Positions 26,423-26,851 of a stretch of DNA of 26,851 bases are shown in pieces (positions within the stretch are counted from its first letter, which is position 1; every line of letters begins with the position of its first letter). A model generated the notes under the pieces. That model was not told where the DNA came from and did no database searches. It saw only the letters and a program-made list of their open reading frames with translations. The stretch is from Tannerella sp. (GTDB lineage Bacteria > Bacteroidota > Bacteroidia > Bacteroidales > Tannerellaceae): positions 1 through 26,851 of the forward strand of contig JAISGW010000070.1 in the NCBI GenBank assembly GCA_031262895.1, read 5' to 3'. The translations under genes were made by a program, and so were the position numbers.

Positions 26423-26851
26423 TTATTTATCGACAAAAATACTAACGAAGGCGGTAGCCGGAAGGGTAAGCGACAAGCTGCCGTCGGCCGCTGCCTTAAC
26501 TGGGATTTCCTGCATCCGCATCTGGAAAGTCGTGGCATACGCCTTGAGGTGTGCCAGTCCTTTAGGCAAGCCCTTGACGCTGGCCTTGCGGGCTGCCCCA
26601 TCATTTATTATATGTACGGCATAGTTGCCTGTTGACGCCTTACCAAAGGCGGCACAACGCAGCATCTCCTGATTGCAACGTACAGGCAAAACGAAACTGT
26701 TAGCCGCCGTTGAGGCCAACTGCTTCAAGTTCCAGAAACGTTGCGTAGGCCGGAGCGGGCCGTCGGAAGCATAAATGCCGTCGCCCCAAAGCAGGGAATA
26801 GTCGGAAGTACATTGCCATTGCAGGATGCTGAGTGGCTGGCAGAGGGCGAG
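26423..26851 (-). CDS. Partial CDS (C-terminal 142 aa), probable clan GH-A (GH30-like) glycoside hydrolase C-terminal beta-sandwich
   Basis: The frame is open from the window edge: LALCQPLSILQWQCTSDYSLLWGDGIYASDGPLRPTQRFWNLKQLAST...AAFGKASTGNYAVHIINDG...LTLPATAFVSIFVDK*. The AAF....G...VHIIN...LPA.A..S pattern resembles GH30 C-terminal domains. The catalytic domain is outside the window. Confidence 0.5.
   Translation of the reverse strand, partial: LALCQPLSILQWQCTSDYSLLWGDGIYASDGPLRPTQRFWNLKQLASTAANSFVLPVRCNQEMLRCAAFGKASTGNYAVHIINDGAARKASVKGLPKGLAHLKAYATTFQMRMQEIPVKAAADGSLSLTLPATAFVSIFVDK

Noticed and set aside
26423-26500. T9SS C-terminal sorting signal on the edge gene or on DPP IV
   Set aside because: Neither C-terminus shows the type A CTD pattern (YDxxGxxV...GxYxV...KxxxK); the ends fit a hydrolase beta-sandwich and an S9 catalytic domain.

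Overview
High-GC Bacteroidales chromosomal window made up mostly of conserved or housekeeping genes. On the minus strand, one block runs from a receiver/ATP-grasp PEP-synthase-like protein through a lipoprotein lipase, a 42-bp tandem-repeat element, ruvA and the type IX secretion translocon sprA/sov to a DUF5724/DUF4132-like gene that runs off the left edge. A divergent plus-strand block encodes a TM/coiled-coil protein, TolC, a HlyD adaptor and two ABC-2 permeases with no ATPase. It is followed by a 41-bp tandem-repeat element, a mannonate-reductase-type SDR and a Uma2 nuclease. A second minus-strand block holds a partial probable glycoside hydrolase, a PaaI thioesterase, DPP IV, lipA, a membrane protein with a degenerate Nudix-like domain and an RbpB-like RRM protein. 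No CRISPR array, rRNA, tRNA, transposase, integrase or phage gene was seen. The most notable observations are: (1) an in-frame TAG at codon 5 of ruvA; (2) a pseudo-REC/REC/ATP-grasp protein with a candidate C-terminal phospho-His motif and no pyruvate-binding barrel, which could be a self-contained non-canonical phosphorelay (hypothesis only); (3) two intergenic palindromic arrays of about four helical turns per unit; (4) an ATPase-less ABC-2/TolC exporter. Family assignments come from motif recognition and recall, not database searches.
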